In this document: piece after piece, positions 45,668 to 47,024 of the stretch
Layout of the letters: every line of letters starts with the position of its first letter
Position numbering within the stretch: the first letter of the stretch is position 1
DNA from: Gammaproteobacteria bacterium
GTDB lineage: Bacteria; Pseudomonadota; Gammaproteobacteria; BMS3Bbin11
Length of the DNA: 47,024 nt
Assembly: GCA_033791885.1 (NCBI GenBank)
Contig: JASJFV010000388.1
Location: forward strand, 1-47,024
Reading direction: 5' to 3'
Notes under the pieces: model-generated
Told to the model about the DNA's origin: nothing
The model's database searches: none
Seen by the model: only the letters and a program-made list of their open reading frames with translations
Position numbers and translations under genes: made by a program

Positions 45668-47024
45668 CTAGTGGTATTTTGATACCATGTTACGACCAGA
45701 ATTTTTGGACTGATACATGGCGTGATCCGCAGCACTCATTAATTCATCAATACTCGTTCTAGCGTCAAATTTCTGACTGATTATGCCGATAGATAGTGTT
45801 ACAGCTATGTTATTTGCCTGCCAGCTAATAGGATGCTTCTCGACAGATATGCGCAGTTGCTCAGCTCTCCTGAACAGCGTTTTTTCATCACACCTGAAAT
45901 GTGCAACAAATTCATCACCTCCATAGCGAGCAATTATATCGCCGGGTCGCATAGCCTTGTGCAATTCTTCAGCTACCCGGGTCAGGACATAGTCACCGGC
46001 AGCATGGCTATATTCATCATTTATTTGCTTGAAATTATCAATGTCCAGCAGCATGACGCCGATATCATCTTCGGATGGATTGCTGAGCGTTTTATTCAAT
46101 GCATTTTCAAAGTAACGCCGGTTGCCTATCTCAGTCAGATAGTCACGTGTGCTTAATTCCCGCAGGCGGGTGTTTGCTTCGCGTAGTTCAGATGTCGCCT
46201 TGTTCACTTTCTTTTGCAATGAATCATTTAGCTGGCCAATTTCGTTTTTCGAAACACGCAGGCGACTGATAAGTGTGGAAAGTGCTTCCCACAACTGCAT
46301 CACTTCCCGTGGGCTTTTCTCTGGTACCTGATCGAGGGCCCCATCGGCTGAGTAAATATCAAGTTTAATTGCATTGCAGGCGAGTGTGTTTATCGGTTTT
46401 GTGATCCAGCGGGACAGAAAATAAGCGGCCAGGATAGCAATCAAAATACCAAAGATTGCCCATAACATGACATCAATAAGGGTCTCATTCACTGTTGTAA
46501 CTATCTCTGATTTTGGTTGCGGGACCATGATACCCCAGCCGAGATCCTTGATGCCGGCATAACCGGCGAGCATATCTGCCTTCATGAAACTTGAATAGAA
46601 TTCCATGACACCCGTTTGACCCTCAATCATTTTCTGTACGATCGTCCAGTGCGAGATATCACGAATCTCCCTGACCCATTCCGGGTTGGGGTGAGCAATC
46701 ACCCGGCCCTTACTGTCAACGATGGCACTATGACCCTCCTTGCCAAAGCGTACTTTGCTTTGGATCAGCTTGATCGGTTCAAGGTCAAGTTCAGCAAACA
46801 GGATTGCCCTAATTTTCCCGCCGTTATCCAGTACCACCTGGCTTAAGGTAATTACGGGGTCGCCGGTAATATAACTGGCATGGACATCAGAAATGTCTGA
46901 TATCTTATTATCCAGCACGGACTTAAAGCTGGGGTGGAGGCTGTAATCTGGTATCTTAGCTTTATTCAGAATTTCGTCTTTTACAGACAATGCCTTAAGC
47001 TTTCCATCAATTGAGAGCAGGGCA
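45668..47024 (-). CDS. Sensor diguanylate cyclase (Cache-like periplasmic domain, TM, HAMP/coiled coil, GGDEF); 5' end lies outside the window
   Basis: The reading frame stays open from 46990 to the window edge (...PALSIDGKLKALSVKDE...), so the TTG at 46990 is not the real start. The GGDEF domain has an RxxD I-site (RPGD) five residues before RYGGDEF. Confidence 0.85.
   Translation of the reverse strand, partial: ALLSIDGKLKALSVKDEILNKAKIPDYSLHPSFKSVLDNKISDISDVHASYITGDPVITLSQVVLDNGGKIRAILFAELDLEPIKLIQSKVRFGKEGHSAIVDSKGRVIAHPNPEWVREIRDISHWTIVQKMIEGQTGVMEFYSSFMKADMLAGYAGIKDLGWGIMVPQPKSEIVTTVNETLIDVMLWAIFGILIAILAAYFLSRWITKPINTLACNAIKLDIYSADGALDQVPEKSPREVMQLWEALSTLISRLRVSKNEIGQLNDSLQKKVNKATSELREANTRLRELSTRDYLTEIGNRRYFENALNKTLSNPSEDDIGVMLLDIDNFKQINDEYSHAAGDYVLTRVAEELHKAMRPGDIIARYGGDEFVAHFRCDEKTLFRRAEQLRISVEKHPISWQANNIAVTLSIGIISQKFDARTSIDELMSAADHAMYQSKNSGRNMVSKYH

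Noticed and set aside
1-47024. Scan for CRISPR arrays, tRNA or rRNA genes, IS elements, integrases, prophage genes and known defence-system genes.
   Set aside because: I found no spaced direct repeats, no tRNA T-arm or acceptor patterns, and no transposase, integrase, nuclease or restriction-type ORFs. The only tandem repeat is the 2 x 105 bp coding repeat in the RRM gene.

Overview
47-kb chromosomal segment that reads like a gammaproteobacterial genome, possibly a marine or sulfur-oxidising lineage (taxonomy is a guess). GC looks mid-40s % by eye. It holds about 43 tightly packed protein-coding genes. I found no rRNA, tRNA, CRISPR array, transposase, integrase or recognisable defence gene. 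Content in order: (1) an AT-rich left edge with a decayed methyltransferase remnant and a small conserved gene. (2) An Old Yellow Enzyme gene divergent from a GntR-regulated malonate locus: TRAP transporter, malonyl-CoA decarboxylase, an embedded TSUP/TauE permease, malonyl-CoA synthetase and a translationally coupled thioesterase. (3) qor, an HI0933-type flavoprotein and dbpA. (4) An RRM RNA-binding protein with a tandem-repeat tail, coupled to a VF530/DUF2132 protein. (5) An orphan soxX-soxA pair followed on the same strand by an unassigned 395-aa gene. (6) An ABC-2 exporter, a CbiX-like chelatase and a second TSUP permease. (7) ppdK. (8) An SbnB/OCD-like gene plus a three-subunit HcnABC/OoxAB-like flavoenzyme operon that ends in a prokaryotic pentameric ligand-gated ion channel. 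(9) An SQR-like flavoprotein and a SulP transporter. (10) A more AT-rich block of unknown membrane, secreted, TPR and CPXCG proteins, then an O-methyltransferase and fdxA. (11) Nitrilase, a GFA protein, two diguanylate cyclases (the last runs off the window), a TlpA-fusion redoxin, trhO, pbpG and an aldo-keto reductase. The best candidates for undescribed biology are the enzyme-plus-pLGIC operon (25.5-30.5 kb), the soxXA-linked unknown gene (15.0-17.6 kb), the RRM/VF530 pair (14.2-14.9 kb) and the membrane/secreted pair at 33.9-35.2 kb. All family calls come from motif recognition by eye and from memory. No database search was run.
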